The notes under the pieces were generated by a model. The model ran no database searches. It saw nothing but the letters and a program-made list of their open reading frames with translations, and was not told the origin of the DNA. DNA of 63,988 nucleotides, counting the filler, from Eremomyces bilateralis CBS 781.70 (lineage: Eukaryota), in assembly GCA_010015585.1 (NCBI GenBank). It is 5 parts of 4 records of this genome, joined end to end, with 100 filler letters (N's around TTAATTAATTAA, not from the genome) between each part and the next. Parts side by side here need not be neighbours in the genome. Positions count along the whole stretch, not along the records: positions 1 to 20,696 come from ML975169.1; positions 20,797 to 36,971 come from ML975169.1; 3 more parts are not named here. One strand, given 5' to 3'. The translations under genes and the position numbers were made by a program. Below, one piece after another: positions 10,768-22,640 of the stretch; position 1 is the first letter of the stretch, and each line of letters starts with the position of its first letter.

Positions 10768-13725
10768 ATGCCGGACATAGTGCGCCGCATGCTGGTCCTC
10801 GCCGCCATCGACGGCCTGGTCCTCCAACCCGTCCCGCCGAGGAACCAGAAACCCGCCACCGAGCAGGCCATCACGGTCGGCTACAAGACGAATGCGATCC
10901 AGGCACTGCAGCATGATCGGCGCGAGGAAGCGAAGCCGCCGCCGTCGTTTGAAGCGCATGGGGTGGTTGGTACGTCAAGCGGGATACATTCCCTAAACAG
11001 CGTCGATATGCGCTGACTCTGCGTTCCAGGCCTGCTCAAGTTCGCCAGCTCCTCGTTTCTGGTCTTGATCTCCGCACGGGACCAAGTCGCCCAAATCCAC
11101 GGAATCCCCATCTTCACCCTCACCGACGTCGCCATCATCCCCCTCTCCTCTCAACGCGACGCGGAGACGGCGATCGCGCACATCCGCGCGACGCAGCAAC
11201 AGACCGCGGCAGGCGAGGATGCGGAGGATTCGGCGTCGGAGACGGAGTCGATTCTGAGCGAGGACTCGATACCGACGCCGGAGCGAGAGGCGAAAGGGAG
11301 TTCGACTACGAGCGAGGTGGTGGAGGATGTGTTTGGGCGGAAGGGGATGTATGGGCGGTTTGCGCAGCGGTGGTTTTCGCGGAGGAATTGGCGGGGTGAG
11401 CCGGAAGTTGCGGCGGAGAGGAGGGACGAGATGGAGTTGGAGGAGTTGAGGAAGAGGGAGGCGAGGGGGGAGGCTGGTGAAGAGGGCCTTGAGACACCAC
11501 TGGACTCGACGGCTGTAGAGGATGTAAACCAAGACGAGACTCCCGAGCCGGTGAAGGTGGACGATGACATGCCCGAGCCGTTGCTGCCCAAGGTTTTGAG
11601 GGTTGCGAAATTGCTGTTCACGTCGAGGAGTTTCTACTTCTCGTATGACTACGACTTGTCAAGAACGGTGACGGAGCAAGAGAAAGAAGCGGATTCGGTG
11701 CCGTTAAGTCAAAGATTCAATTCATTGGTAAGAGCTCGTCCGATCTATGATACGCGGAATCTAATTCTAGAAGTACTTCTGGAACCGTCATATTACGGAT
11801 CCTTTCATGGAAGCCGGCCAGCATAGCTTTGCCCTACCTCTTCTACAAGGATTCGTTGGGCAGCGCGAGTTCGAGGTGGAAGTATCACCGACTAGCAAGG
11901 AGGGGGCGATTATCAGTGCATCTAAACCGGAAGAGGATGATGAAGAGACGATAGAGAGCGCCGAGTCTTCCGGCGATCCCCGGCAGAGCCGTAAGCAGTA
12001 TCTCTTAACCTTAGTCTCCCGCCGATCCGTCAAACGAGCCGGACTGCGATATCTACGCCGCGGTGTCGACGAGGAAGGGAACGCGGCCAACAGCGTCGAG
12101 ACCGAGCAGATCTTCTCATCCTGCGACTGGGACGACCACGACACGAAGATACATTCCTTTGTCCAGTACCGAGGCAGCATCCCGCTCTTCTTCTCGCAAC
12201 CCCATACAGCTTCAAGCCGATCCCCGCATTCTTCGGATCGCCGGAGACCAACCGGGCGGCGTTCCAGCTTCATTTCTCGTCGTTGATTGAGCGGTATGGC
12301 AAGATTCAGGCGGTGTCGTTGGTGGATAAGAAGGCGACCGAGCGGAAGATCGGACAGGAGTTTGAAAATCATGCGAACGAGGTTGTCGATAGCGGAGTGT
12401 TGGGAGAGGGAAAGTTTGGTTTTCTATGGTTCGACTTCCATCATGTCTGTCGAGGGATGAAGTTCGAAAATGTCTCGATCTTGCTCGACAGCATTTCTTC
12501 TTTCCTGACATCCGCTGCCTGGTCGATTCAAGAAGGGGATCGCCTCGTGCAGAGGCAGTCTGGCGTCATCCGGACAAATTGCATGGACTGCCTGGACCGC
12601 ACGAATGTTGTACAATCCGCATGTGGTCGAGATGTCCTCGAGAAACAACTCGCCACATGTAATGTCTTGATTAACCTCCAGACCGATCCCACCACGTCAT
12701 GGTTCAACACACTCTGGGCTGACAACCGCGATGCGATATCTGCACAGTATGCAGGCACAGCTACGCTCAAGGGCGACTACACGCGGACAAGAAAGCGGAA
12801 TATCAGTGGTGCTCTGAACGACTTCCGGCTTACTTTGAATCGGTACTACAACAACATCGTAAACGACTACCTCGCACAGGCGGTCATTGACTACCTTCTC
12901 GGCCGCGCATCCGCCCAGGTCTTCGCGGACTTCGAGGCCGAGATGATGTCTCAAGACTACGCGGTGGATTTGAAGAAAATGAGACAAGGCGCTATCGACA
13001 ACTGCCTCCAGATCGCCGTCGAAGATGCGCGGGAAGAGTTCATTGCGGGCTATGCTCTGACGTCGCTGCGCAGGGCGTCAACCCTGAAAACGCTGCCGTT
13101 CGAAGAATGCGTGCTGCTCTTGACGGGAAGCGCGCTGTACCTGTGTCGCTTCGACTGGAACACCGAAAAGCTGCGTGAATTCGAGCGGGTCGAGCTAGAG
13201 GACATCATTGACATCACCCGCGGAGTGTACATCACGTCGACGTTAGCGCCGAAGCATTTAGACGAGACGAAGAACATCGGCATTGTCCTCCGATATGTCA
13301 GCAAAGGGCCACGAATGGTGCGGACGAATACCAGGAGCCTTGGAAACAAGCAGAAAGAAGGCGAGACGACTCCCGACGAAGGGGAGGACGATACGGTTGC
13401 GAACCAGCCGACGTCTCAGGAGACCAAGTTCTGGGCGCTGAAAGCCGGCCAACCGGTCTCGACTTTAAAGAGCATACACAGCAGCGCCACCGCGCTGAAT
13501 GAGCGGGAGGTTCTCGACCTCATATGTCAAGATGTAAAGCAAGCAGTCGATCTTCATCGCCAGCCGACATCCGAGATAGAAGGGGAACCTGGTGGAAAGG
13601 AAGCATGGCGGAGGGAGCCGCTCACAGTGGAGGAGGGCGACATTATTTCTGTTGCGGAAGCGAAGAAGAGCACGGGATTGATTGAACAGATGACATATAA
13701 CCTGAAGCGGCTGGTCTGGACATAG
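10768..13725 (+). CDS. Sac-domain phosphoinositide phosphatase (Sac2/INPP5F-like), with an apparent 1-nt frameshift near 12200
   Basis: [37 protein letters not shown] and catalytic [15 protein letters not shown]; introns ~10970-11029 and ~11728-11773. Confidence 0.85.
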
Positions 13726-13993
13726 GGAAGTATATAGCGAGGTCTTGGTTTAGTTAGGGTGGGTAGATAATGGGTATGTAGGACGACCGGAATATGGGAA
13801 TCGGTACTTCTCTGAAGTGTTCAGAAGAAGATTTTCATAGATATCAGCTAATAGGTTCATCCGCTTTGAATATTATGCCTTGGCATTGTTCGTTGGAAGA
13901 ACTTCGTCTCACTTTCTTTTCCTCTTCTTTTTTAACTCTCGTAATAATGAAAATTTCACCACTCTGATCCTAACGCACCCTTAAACCGTATCA

Positions 13994-16900
13994 TTACTGC
14001 CGCCTACTATGATTCTTTTCGTGCCTCTTCCGATCATTGTCCCTTGTAAAAGCCTTCCCACACTCTGTACATTCAAACGGTTTCTCTCCATTATGGCTCC
14101 TAATATGGCTCATCTTGTGAAAGTTCCGCGAAAAGCTTTTCCCGCAAATGTGGCAAACGTGCTTAGAAGACTCTATCACCTTCTTCGGTGTGAGTTTAAA
14201 TAATGCTGACAAGTCGCTCTTATCGGGGTGGTAGTCTCTCATGTGTTTTTCGAGCTCATAGTTAGAGGAAAACCCGAAGCTGATGGAGGTACAGTGCGGA
14301 ACATGGCAGACCCAGGGTCGGTTATGTCTGTCAATGTGCTTATCTCGCGTTTTAGCACTATCAAAGCCTTCGTAGAAATCAGGGCAGGTAACAAACGAGC
14401 ACTTAAAGCGCTTGTGGCCGTAATAGCCCACGAGGGCTCCTTTGGTGGCAGAATTCCTCGAGGATTCCATGGAGAACTTCTTAATGAGCTCCCGGTTCCG
14501 TCCGAATGCTTTCTTGAGCGATTGGAGGCATATTTCGTTGCGGAAGTTTGGTCCTTTCTCTATGTGTCTCGTAACATGGCTTATAATGCGAGTTATATCC
14601 TCGTAAACCTCATGGCTAGCAAGCTTATTGTAGTCGTCTCTCACATCGTCATGGACTGGCTCGTCCGATATATCATCTGCGTAGCGGTCCAGAAAACGAA
14701 ACATGGATCCATAGAGTGAATTCAGAGCTGCCAAGCTGTCTTCGACCTTAAAGCCTTCTTCGTTGTAGATTTTTGCCAAGGCGGCTAGATGTTGAAACCA
14801 TTTGGATACGACGTAGTCTTGCAGAGACAACCATCCATCCAGAGTGTACTGATTGATCTTTGTCTTCTCCAGATCGGGATCGAAAAGGTCCATGGTTAGG
14901 TATCTTAAGCAAAGTGATGCCAATTTACATTCGACATCCGGTTTGCTAATATATTGCGTCTTGGTCAAGTATCTAGCGTGGGTCAGCAAGTGCAGTTATG
15001 GTTTGGGTGGAAAGATCCATACATTCGTGCTGTGCCATGGACCAGCTCCAGTCTCTCTCCAGGAAGCTCACGCACTAATGTCCCGCAAAGCTCTGTTACT
15101 TTCGCGACCAGTCCTCTACTTTCAACGTCATGGAGCGTTTCGTTACTGTCGGTCAACTCCAAGCAAAAGGCACACTGAATCTCGTAGTGTTTAAGTGGCC
15201 GTTTGGCACAAATCATCCACCCCAGAAGATGAGTGATCTAATTCCAAGCTCCTTCTATACCTTTCCATTGTCTCTCAAGACGACCGAGGATCTTTGCATA
15301 CCTGAAGCGTCGTTAGTGATTCACTCCGACAGGACATGCCTATCGGCGGCTTGATTACACTCACGCTGCAGCAATGCCATCTGGAAAACGATGCTCATCA
15401 AGCTCTGTAACCACGTCGTTTTTGTTTGTTTGATTGAATAAATTTTCCAAGACCAGCTTCGCGTATAGGAACATTCCTGTACTCATGTAAGCTGATGAAC
15501 TGACAGAATGTTGGCCATACCATTCGTTCTCGAAGACGTAAGTCTTTCGATGCATTTCACTTCATCGAAGCTAAGTCGAAATTTCCGCCCAATTTGATCG
15601 GTCCACATCCCTACAAAGTCCTCAATCTCTTTTATATTATCCTTCGGGCGTATAGCGAACTGTCCTACAGAAAAATTCGGTCGGGCGCGGGACTCCTTAC
15701 TCAACGTTTCAGCAATATCTGCTTCGTCCTGGCTGACGATCAGCACGCGGAGTTTCCCAGGTTCATCGTCTTCTGCCTCGTCGACAACTTCGGCCAAGAA
15801 AGAGAGCAAAATCCGCCTTTCCTCCTTAGGACACTCGTCCAAGCCGTCAATGATGATAAACTGATTAAGAATTCGCTTGCAGGAAATCTTGATCAAGTTT
15901 TGGGCAAGTTGATGGGCTATTAACGTGACTTGTCCGCTCGATCTCGCCTTCATGAAGAAGTGAGGAATCATGGTTGGTTCTTGTGTGACCAATTGAACCA
16001 AGAGGCCCTGGAGAATGGAAAGAGCATCGCTCTTCTGCGTATCAGACTCCTTGCAGTAGAAGTATGAAGTTTTGAACCCTTTCTTTCTTTCGCACTCTTC
16101 GATGATTCTAGACGCGAGAATTGTTTTCCCTAAATTAGCAGGTTAGCAGCGTGTTTGATTCGGTACAACGCACTCACCCGCTCCAGGTATTCCGTTCAAC
16201 CAGAGTACCGGGTATCTTGGTGTCTCATCATCCATCCAGCTAGCCATCATTTCGTTCTGTATTATCCAGTCCCCACTGCCTGGATTACATTTTCTCACAT
16301 TGCAGAAGAACTCATGGTCGGCGACATGTTCCTGGGCAGTCTTATCCTCTCCTTCTGTCGGCCGCAAACAGGCCAACCATTCTATTACGCGCCAGTATTT
16401 CTTGTCTTTCTCTTCTTTCTCCTTGCTATCTAGTTCTACACGGAGTTTACCCCGCTTCAAGGCATATGTGTTGAGCTTCTCCATAATGGAGTAGATGTCG
16501 ACGGAGCTAGAAGTAACCGTGTACCGCGCAAGCGACTCAACCAGGTCCTTCTGGCGCTGGAAATTGACTAAAATGCCCTGGAAACGTGTGTCAAAGTTGC
16601 CCCAGTTTGCCTTGAAAACCTGTTTCCATCCGCGGTGACGGAAAAACTGCTGTGCTTTGATGTGAAATTCGAGTAAGTCAGCATACACCCAGCCTATAAT
16701 GCGCTGCATGAGCGGGTACTGGGTAAAGACTTTTTCATTTGCAGATAGGAAAGTCAGCTTTTCGCCAATGTCTTCATATGCACTTAGTAATGCATCAAAA
16801 GTTTCTGCGAAATGACTAGCTGCCTGTGGTATTGCTTAGTGATGTTCACGCCGGAGGACTGGGGCAAAAGCTTTTCGTCTGGCGTTACTTACGTGCAACA

Positions 16901-17934
16901 TGAACTTCATCGGACCCAATATATATGCAGCGTAGCTATCCTTGGGAAATCGTGCGCTGGATATTTTGACAATGGTGCTCATTCCCTGTAGGAAGTTGTT
17001 CAGCCGGGAGCAGTTTATTAGTGATTTCTTTCTTTCCTGGTCGCGCTGTAGGTTAAAGACTGCCCTCCTGACATCTTCGACCCGGGTTTCATGGAACTCA
17101 TTTCGTTCCTCGGCGGTAAGCAATGTCGTGAACTCATTCCATGCGTCCTGGAACATTTTCTCTATCCCATGAGATTCGTCACGGATACCGGGGAAGGCGG
17201 GTGGCCTAAAATTCCGCCTGATATCTTCTTTTAACCGTTGGTGCGCCTTGAGAAGCCCTTCACCGTAATTCATCACGAAGGAGACGTCGAATATGCCTAT
17301 TAGCGAGTAGGCCATGTCTTCTTCTCGCTTGGTTTTACGAGAACTGGCCCACTGAAACTTTTCGTCGTTGGTAAACTGAGATCGATCTTGGCCTTGTAAA
17401 GCTGTGACTGGGATCTTCGTTATGTCATGGATAAGCCCTTCTAGGGAGTGTTTGTCGCCGAGGTAGGTGCCTTCAGAGGAGAAGAACCGCACTACCTTTG
17501 GAGCGATAAGCTCCTGAAGAGTCCAGCCTCTGGTAAACCATCTGCTTGCCCGGAATGCCTGCTCCCACTCACATTGTAGACCATCGGCACCGACCGCTAA
17601 AACATCCGATAGATATACATAACATAACTCGGCGTTCTGGTACCAGCGAAACATGGAAGTGATGGCCTCTGTAACCTCACTTGAATCCTCCTTCTTAATA
17701 CAGCATCTATCGACCCAAGAGGAATTCTAGGTTATCAACTGCCGCTTTGTTTGCACAAAATTCAATCTTCTTGTATCCAAGCCTTCCCTTTCCAGAGCTC
17801 TCTGTGACGTCTTTGAAATTGACTTCATCTTCGTCTTCACCCCATGTGTGTGAAAGAATTGCATAAGGGGGTATTTTACCAGGTGTGAACGAGTGGAGGC
17901 TGACTTTGTTATGTCTGAAGTCAAGAAGCCGCAT
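13994..17934 (-). CDS. NLR-like protein: HET + helical domain + NACHT + 4 C2H2 zinc fingers; apparent frameshift near 17720
   Basis: PYAILSHTWG, WVDRCCI and WFTRGWTLQELIAP (HET); WLNGIPGAG/KT P-loop split by an intron; IIIDGLDEC; GMFLYAKLV; C-terminal C2H2 fingers with an NGEKPF linker; five GT-AG introns can be placed in frame. Confidence 0.85.
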
Positions 17935-18143
17935 TGCGGAGACGGCTCTCTGAGTTTGAATGTGATTTTCTAGCAAACGTAATGACTTTTCGATGAAAGT
18001 TTGTTGTTCATGGCAGGTGTAATGTCTCTTACGGATTGTAGGGGCTAAGGTAAGAGTCTAAATATAGAATACGAGATGTGAAGGAGCACTGCATTTTTAG
18101 CCTCCCCCGATTCATTACCCTCAGGCCGTCACTCCTACATTAC

Positions 18144-18259
18144 ACTGCAATTTTAGCGCCAGAGGACTCTTTGAAGCAAGGCTTACGAGACCGAAAGTGT
18201 GTAGTAAGCAAGCTACCTATTTACTGGATCAAAGAGTCCTCGGACGCTAAAATTGCAGT
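18144..18259. repeat. 31-bp inverted repeat upstream of the NLR-like gene
   Basis: ACTGCAATTTTAGCGCCAGAGGACTCTTTGA (18144-18174) pairs with 18229-18259, about 2 mismatches. Confidence 0.75.
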
Positions 18260-18699
18260 CTCCATTAGAATGTACGGGAGTTGTCCAATGGGAGGCGGAG
18301 GCGTCTGCACTGCAATACCAGTAGACTGAAAGGCGTGGCTGTTGATCGAAGGCATCGGACTGGATGACTTGGGCCTTGTCTACTTCGAGCCGGCAGGTTC
18401 GATAATAGCGCTGGCAGGTGGCTTTGCTTACTTAAATAGTGGCAGATTCGTGGCAGATTCGTGGCAGGTTCGATATTAGCGCCAGAATGGGTGTATGTCT
18501 ACTTTTTAATGGTGAAAACCTGCCGGCAGGTCTACATCCCGAAATGTGGCTTTTTTAGCGCAGCGCCACCTCGTATTTCGCTCAATTAGGCAAACCTGCG
18601 GCAGGTTTTTTTCTGCTACATCGATGGACCCGATAATAACGCTCGCTGGCAGGTTCTCTACTCCTCATTGTTATCACAATGGCCCCTCTACATCGTCCC

Positions 18700-18990
18700 A
18701 ACCCCCACCGCCCATTCTAGGCACCTCCACCACCTATTTTAGGCACTCCCCCCCACCGACTTTAGAACCCCATCATCACCCATTTTAAGCACCCTCTATC
18801 ATCCATTTTGGGGTACTCCCACCACCCGTTCTATCACCTGTGCCCAAAACGGGAGGCGGGAGTGATAAACGGTATCCAAAATAGGTGATAGTAGGGCCCA
18901 AAATAGGTGGTGGAGGTGCCCAAAACAGGTGATGGGGGATGCCCAGAATATGTTGTAGGGGTGCCCAGAATAGGTGGTAGGGGTGCCCAC
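18700..18990. repeat. Fold-back array of ~21-22-bp degenerate units
   Basis: Several TTTRGGCACYCCCACCACC-like units followed by several reverse-complement GGTGGTRGGGGTGCCCARAA units. Confidence 0.7.
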
Positions 18991-20696
18991 GCTTTAGGGA
19001 TTTTCGAAATAGACTAATTAGAGCATAGTATTCCTAGGTCACGTGGCTGGGATGTAGCTGCAGGGTGGATGGCGTAGTGACAGCTCGGCTGACCCTGAAA
19101 AAGGTTCGGCTCACCATCCTAATCGGGTTAGGTTAATCACGTGAGGTCAGTTGACCTATATCTATGATCGACGTTGGTCGGCTCACCTTTCTGGATACAC
19201 ACATCTCAATTCAACCCCACACTCCCTCTAACTATATGGATATGGAAAATGCGTAAGATGTTTCAAACATGTTTGAAATATGTATATTAATAACCATGCT
19301 GTAGCTTAATCTCTAATCCTTCTATCTAAAGAGAATTCTGATGATAAGAGTAATGAAGTCGACCAAGAAGATCTCCAGCTTATGTTTGATGATGATTTCT
19401 ATAAAGAATCATATATTGCAATTAAGGATGGTGAAGTAAATATCTTCCTGCGTAATATATTTAGAACATATTCATGTTCTTATCCTTTAATATCTAAACC
19501 TAAATTGCCGCTTACCACAAGAACTAATTATAATAAAAAAAGATTAGAACATTTTTCTGCAAAACAGCCCACAACTTGGAAATTAGCTGAGATTATGATC
19601 GTAATCGATTCTTCACACTTCATTCAATTATAATCAACTATTATAGCCCTCCCAAATAATGGTTAGAGGGCGCATGAGGGGGAAAGGCCCGCAGGCCAAA
19701 GACGCGTCCCCGACGCGTCCCCAGCAGGCGGACCACCCACGACCCAACACCCGCAACGGAGTAGGAGAACAAAATGGACGGACGGATGAGGGGCGGATGC
19801 TCCAAATTATGGAAAACCATATAAAACTCGCGTTGGAGAGCTGCCGTGGATGGGCTAGGGCGGGGTCGCTCCGTGGAGTTCTTGAGGCTTACCTAACGCC
19901 CGTTCTCCGGCTTATTCCGGAGCTAGCATAGAGAAAGAGTATAGAAAAGGCGCAGGCGGGAATACCCGCCAGGGACCTAGCGATGGGTCAAATATTGGAG
20001 CGCCTTGGACGTATTGAAGCTGGAATCGCGAAAGACCGCGGTTGTGAAGATTCACTACCTGCATGAGCCATTTGGGCCCTTTGGGCCCAGATCGGATTAT
20101 CTTTTATCCTTACCCCGCTTTTGAGGTATATAATACCCCGCACGAATCCTACCAACTCTCGACGGTAGCGATTCGCGCTGTTACACATTTACACGATTAC
20201 ATACAATACAAATACGTTGATACAGACTTCTTGATCTATTCAGTTGCCTACAGCAATCCAATATCACCCAGGACTACCAATCCTTGACACATATTCCGAA
20301 TATAACTAGTACTAAACTGATAGTTAACTTAAAGATAGTCTTCTTATCGGGGCGCAACATCGTTTCCGTACTGGTGTGGCGTGTGAGGAATAGAACGATA
20401 CGTGCAGCCTAGTTTTTCGTCAATTGGTGACACCGGTATATAAATATATTTTAAATATATTTTAAACACGTTCTAAAGAGTTCTAAAATCTATAGGACAT
20501 GGCTAGTATCTGCCATCCTTATCTAAGTTATAGTAACTCCACCATTTAGACAATGAGTAGACACTTTATAAAGTATTTACCGCTAAACGGAGAATTCGAT
20601 ACTAGTCATCTTCGAAGCCTTATCGAGAATGGTATACTAGTAGAGTAAGAGGAGTACGGAGTAGTTAAGTAGCAGTCGACTCGAAGACTAATATAT

Positions 20697-20796
20697 NNNN
20701 NNNNNNNNNNNNNNNNNNNNNNNNNNNNNNNNNNNNNNNNTTAATTAATTAANNNNNNNNNNNNNNNNNNNNNNNNNNNNNNNNNNNNNNNNNNNN
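20697..20796. other. Assembly spacer
   Basis: N44-TTAATTAATTAA-N44. Confidence 0.97.
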
Positions 20797-21412
20797 CTGA
20801 AACAGGAGTGTATCTTTTGTCAGGTCAGCCATCAACAGATCAGGAACTAAAGTCGAGCGGCACATCGAAAAGAAGACTTCTCGTAGGGCGGCTAAGAGGC
20901 CTTCTAAGAAAGGCCAAGTAATTAGCGACAGCGTTCCTATCGCAGTTTGTAGCCTCGGACTCCTAGAGCTGATGCCTTGGCCTGCGACAGTTATCTATGT
21001 ATATGATAGATGCATAATCCTTTTATGCTTGCCTGGATTGTTATCGTCTCGATGGGAAGTGTCTACCTGCGTGGCGAACTGCGCAAACTTGCACGCTATA
21101 GCGATTACATCATTGAAAAGATTTCTAGCATCGTTATAGGACTCTAAGGCCTAGATAAGGGCCTTTAGTGAGTTATAAAAGCAACAAGAGCTCGATGGTG
21201 GTGGTATAGTGGCGGAATTCAGTTAAGCTATGAAGAGAAAATCTCCGGAAATCAGGCGAGAACGCGGCACTCCAACGTAATTTTCGCGGGTGAAGGTTTT
21301 CGAACAGCAAGGAATGACTACAGCACACAATTTATATACAACTATTGGAATTTCAATCTGTGTGCAGAGTCTGGCTTGCTCTGAAGTCAAAGTACCCATG
21401 GTTTAGCTCGGT

Positions 21413-21450
21413 ACGTAGGGATGCCCGCCACATAGGGAGGGAGGTTACTT
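21413..21450. repeat. Inverted copy of the 38-bp repeat at 5488-5525
   Basis: 36/38 identity; both differences are G>A transitions. Confidence 0.65.
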
Positions 21451-21556
21451 CTAATCATTGTGGTCCTGGGAACTGCTATTCAGGAGCGTGCCAGTAACTT
21501 ACACTCAGGGGTCCTGGGGGAGAAGGGCAGATATAGCTTCTTGTGACAATAGACCC

Positions 21557-22640
21557 TTACAAAGACCATTCTAGCGTAACATTGTTTTCTAGAAACCAAT
21601 CGATGCTCGTCTTTACCCCATCGTGATCAACCGCCCAGAATTTGTTCTGGACAAGCTCTGCCCACTTTTGTATAATCTGCAAGACGAGGAGAACGAGTGG
21701 GCCCCCAGGGGTAGCGTGGTGGTTGATAATCTAGGATCTTTCGGTTACTATCAACAGAATCGACAAGCCTGACTCCATCAGCGTAGCTTGCGTCCCCTGT
21801 CGTATAAAGACCAGCTCGACGAGAAACTGTAAACCTCGCAAATCCCTCCCTATCGGCGGAGCCAGCCCCCCCGGGATAAGGTATGGAGCATTCGGCCGGG
21901 AGAATAAGCGTCACAACTTCATTCCCGTCTGTATCCTCGTACCGGGGCAATCGTTGAGAATCGCGTGGTTCGGAAGAGTAAACTGCATGGAATAAGTCCG
22001 GAGTGAAATAGGTAACCCCCGGAGCAACATATTTGAATGAAGGCAATCGTGCCCGCGAAAGGAACGCTTTAGTAAATGAACTCAGCGTATACTGGTCGAG
22101 GATATTCGTCGGTAAGGGGTTTTCACGGCGGGACTCGGTAGTATGGCCAGGCATATTTGCCTCGATAACGTTTAAAAGAGTCTCCCATGCTTGAATAGCC
22201 TCTTCTAAGTCTTGGGTAGCCCACGGTACATAAGTAGGATTGTTACTAGAAAAGGAGAATTTTCCCCTTTCGAACTCGGAGAGCCACTTTCTAAGGATAG
22301 AGTCTAATGGCTTCCAATGCTCTTTCGGTGGCATCGGTTGGAAATCGTGGTGCCAATGAGCCAACAGCGTCTCCTGATCGAAGACGAGCCCATCATCTTC
22401 ATAGCAACAGGAGCCACGATAAAGTCGTACAACAGAACTGTATTCGGGGTCTAATACTTCCAGATCGAAGAAAATACTTCCAGGAAACGGCTGACATGCA
22501 AAAGGCGTTAGCTCTGGGAATCGGTCATGGCTGTCCGAAATCATGTCAAATTGCGACAGCAATCGATTGGGAGCTCGATCATATTTGGGATGTCCAAAAG
22601 GTGCGGATACACTCATAATATAAGGTCTGTCAAGTTGCAA
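21557..22640 (-). pseudogene. Uncharacterised fungal protein, frameshifted near its 3' end, start unclear
   Basis: 337-codon frame (WKPLDSILRKWL...GK; EEAIQAWETLL); another frame continues KWAELVQNKFWAVDHDGV to a TAA at 21557; an in-frame TAG lies just upstream of 22640. Confidence 0.5.

Noticed and set aside
18700..18990. CRISPR-like array
   Set aside because: Degenerate contiguous units without unique spacers, no cas genes, eukaryotic context.
19230..20696. Short ORFs and an intron-like segment (e.g. 19382-19633, 19659-19931)
   Set aside because: TpA-rich, stop-riddled sequence, probably TE debris; family not assignable.
20741..20752. TTAATTAATTAA palindrome repeated four times
   Set aside because: Always centred in N-runs; an artificial linker.
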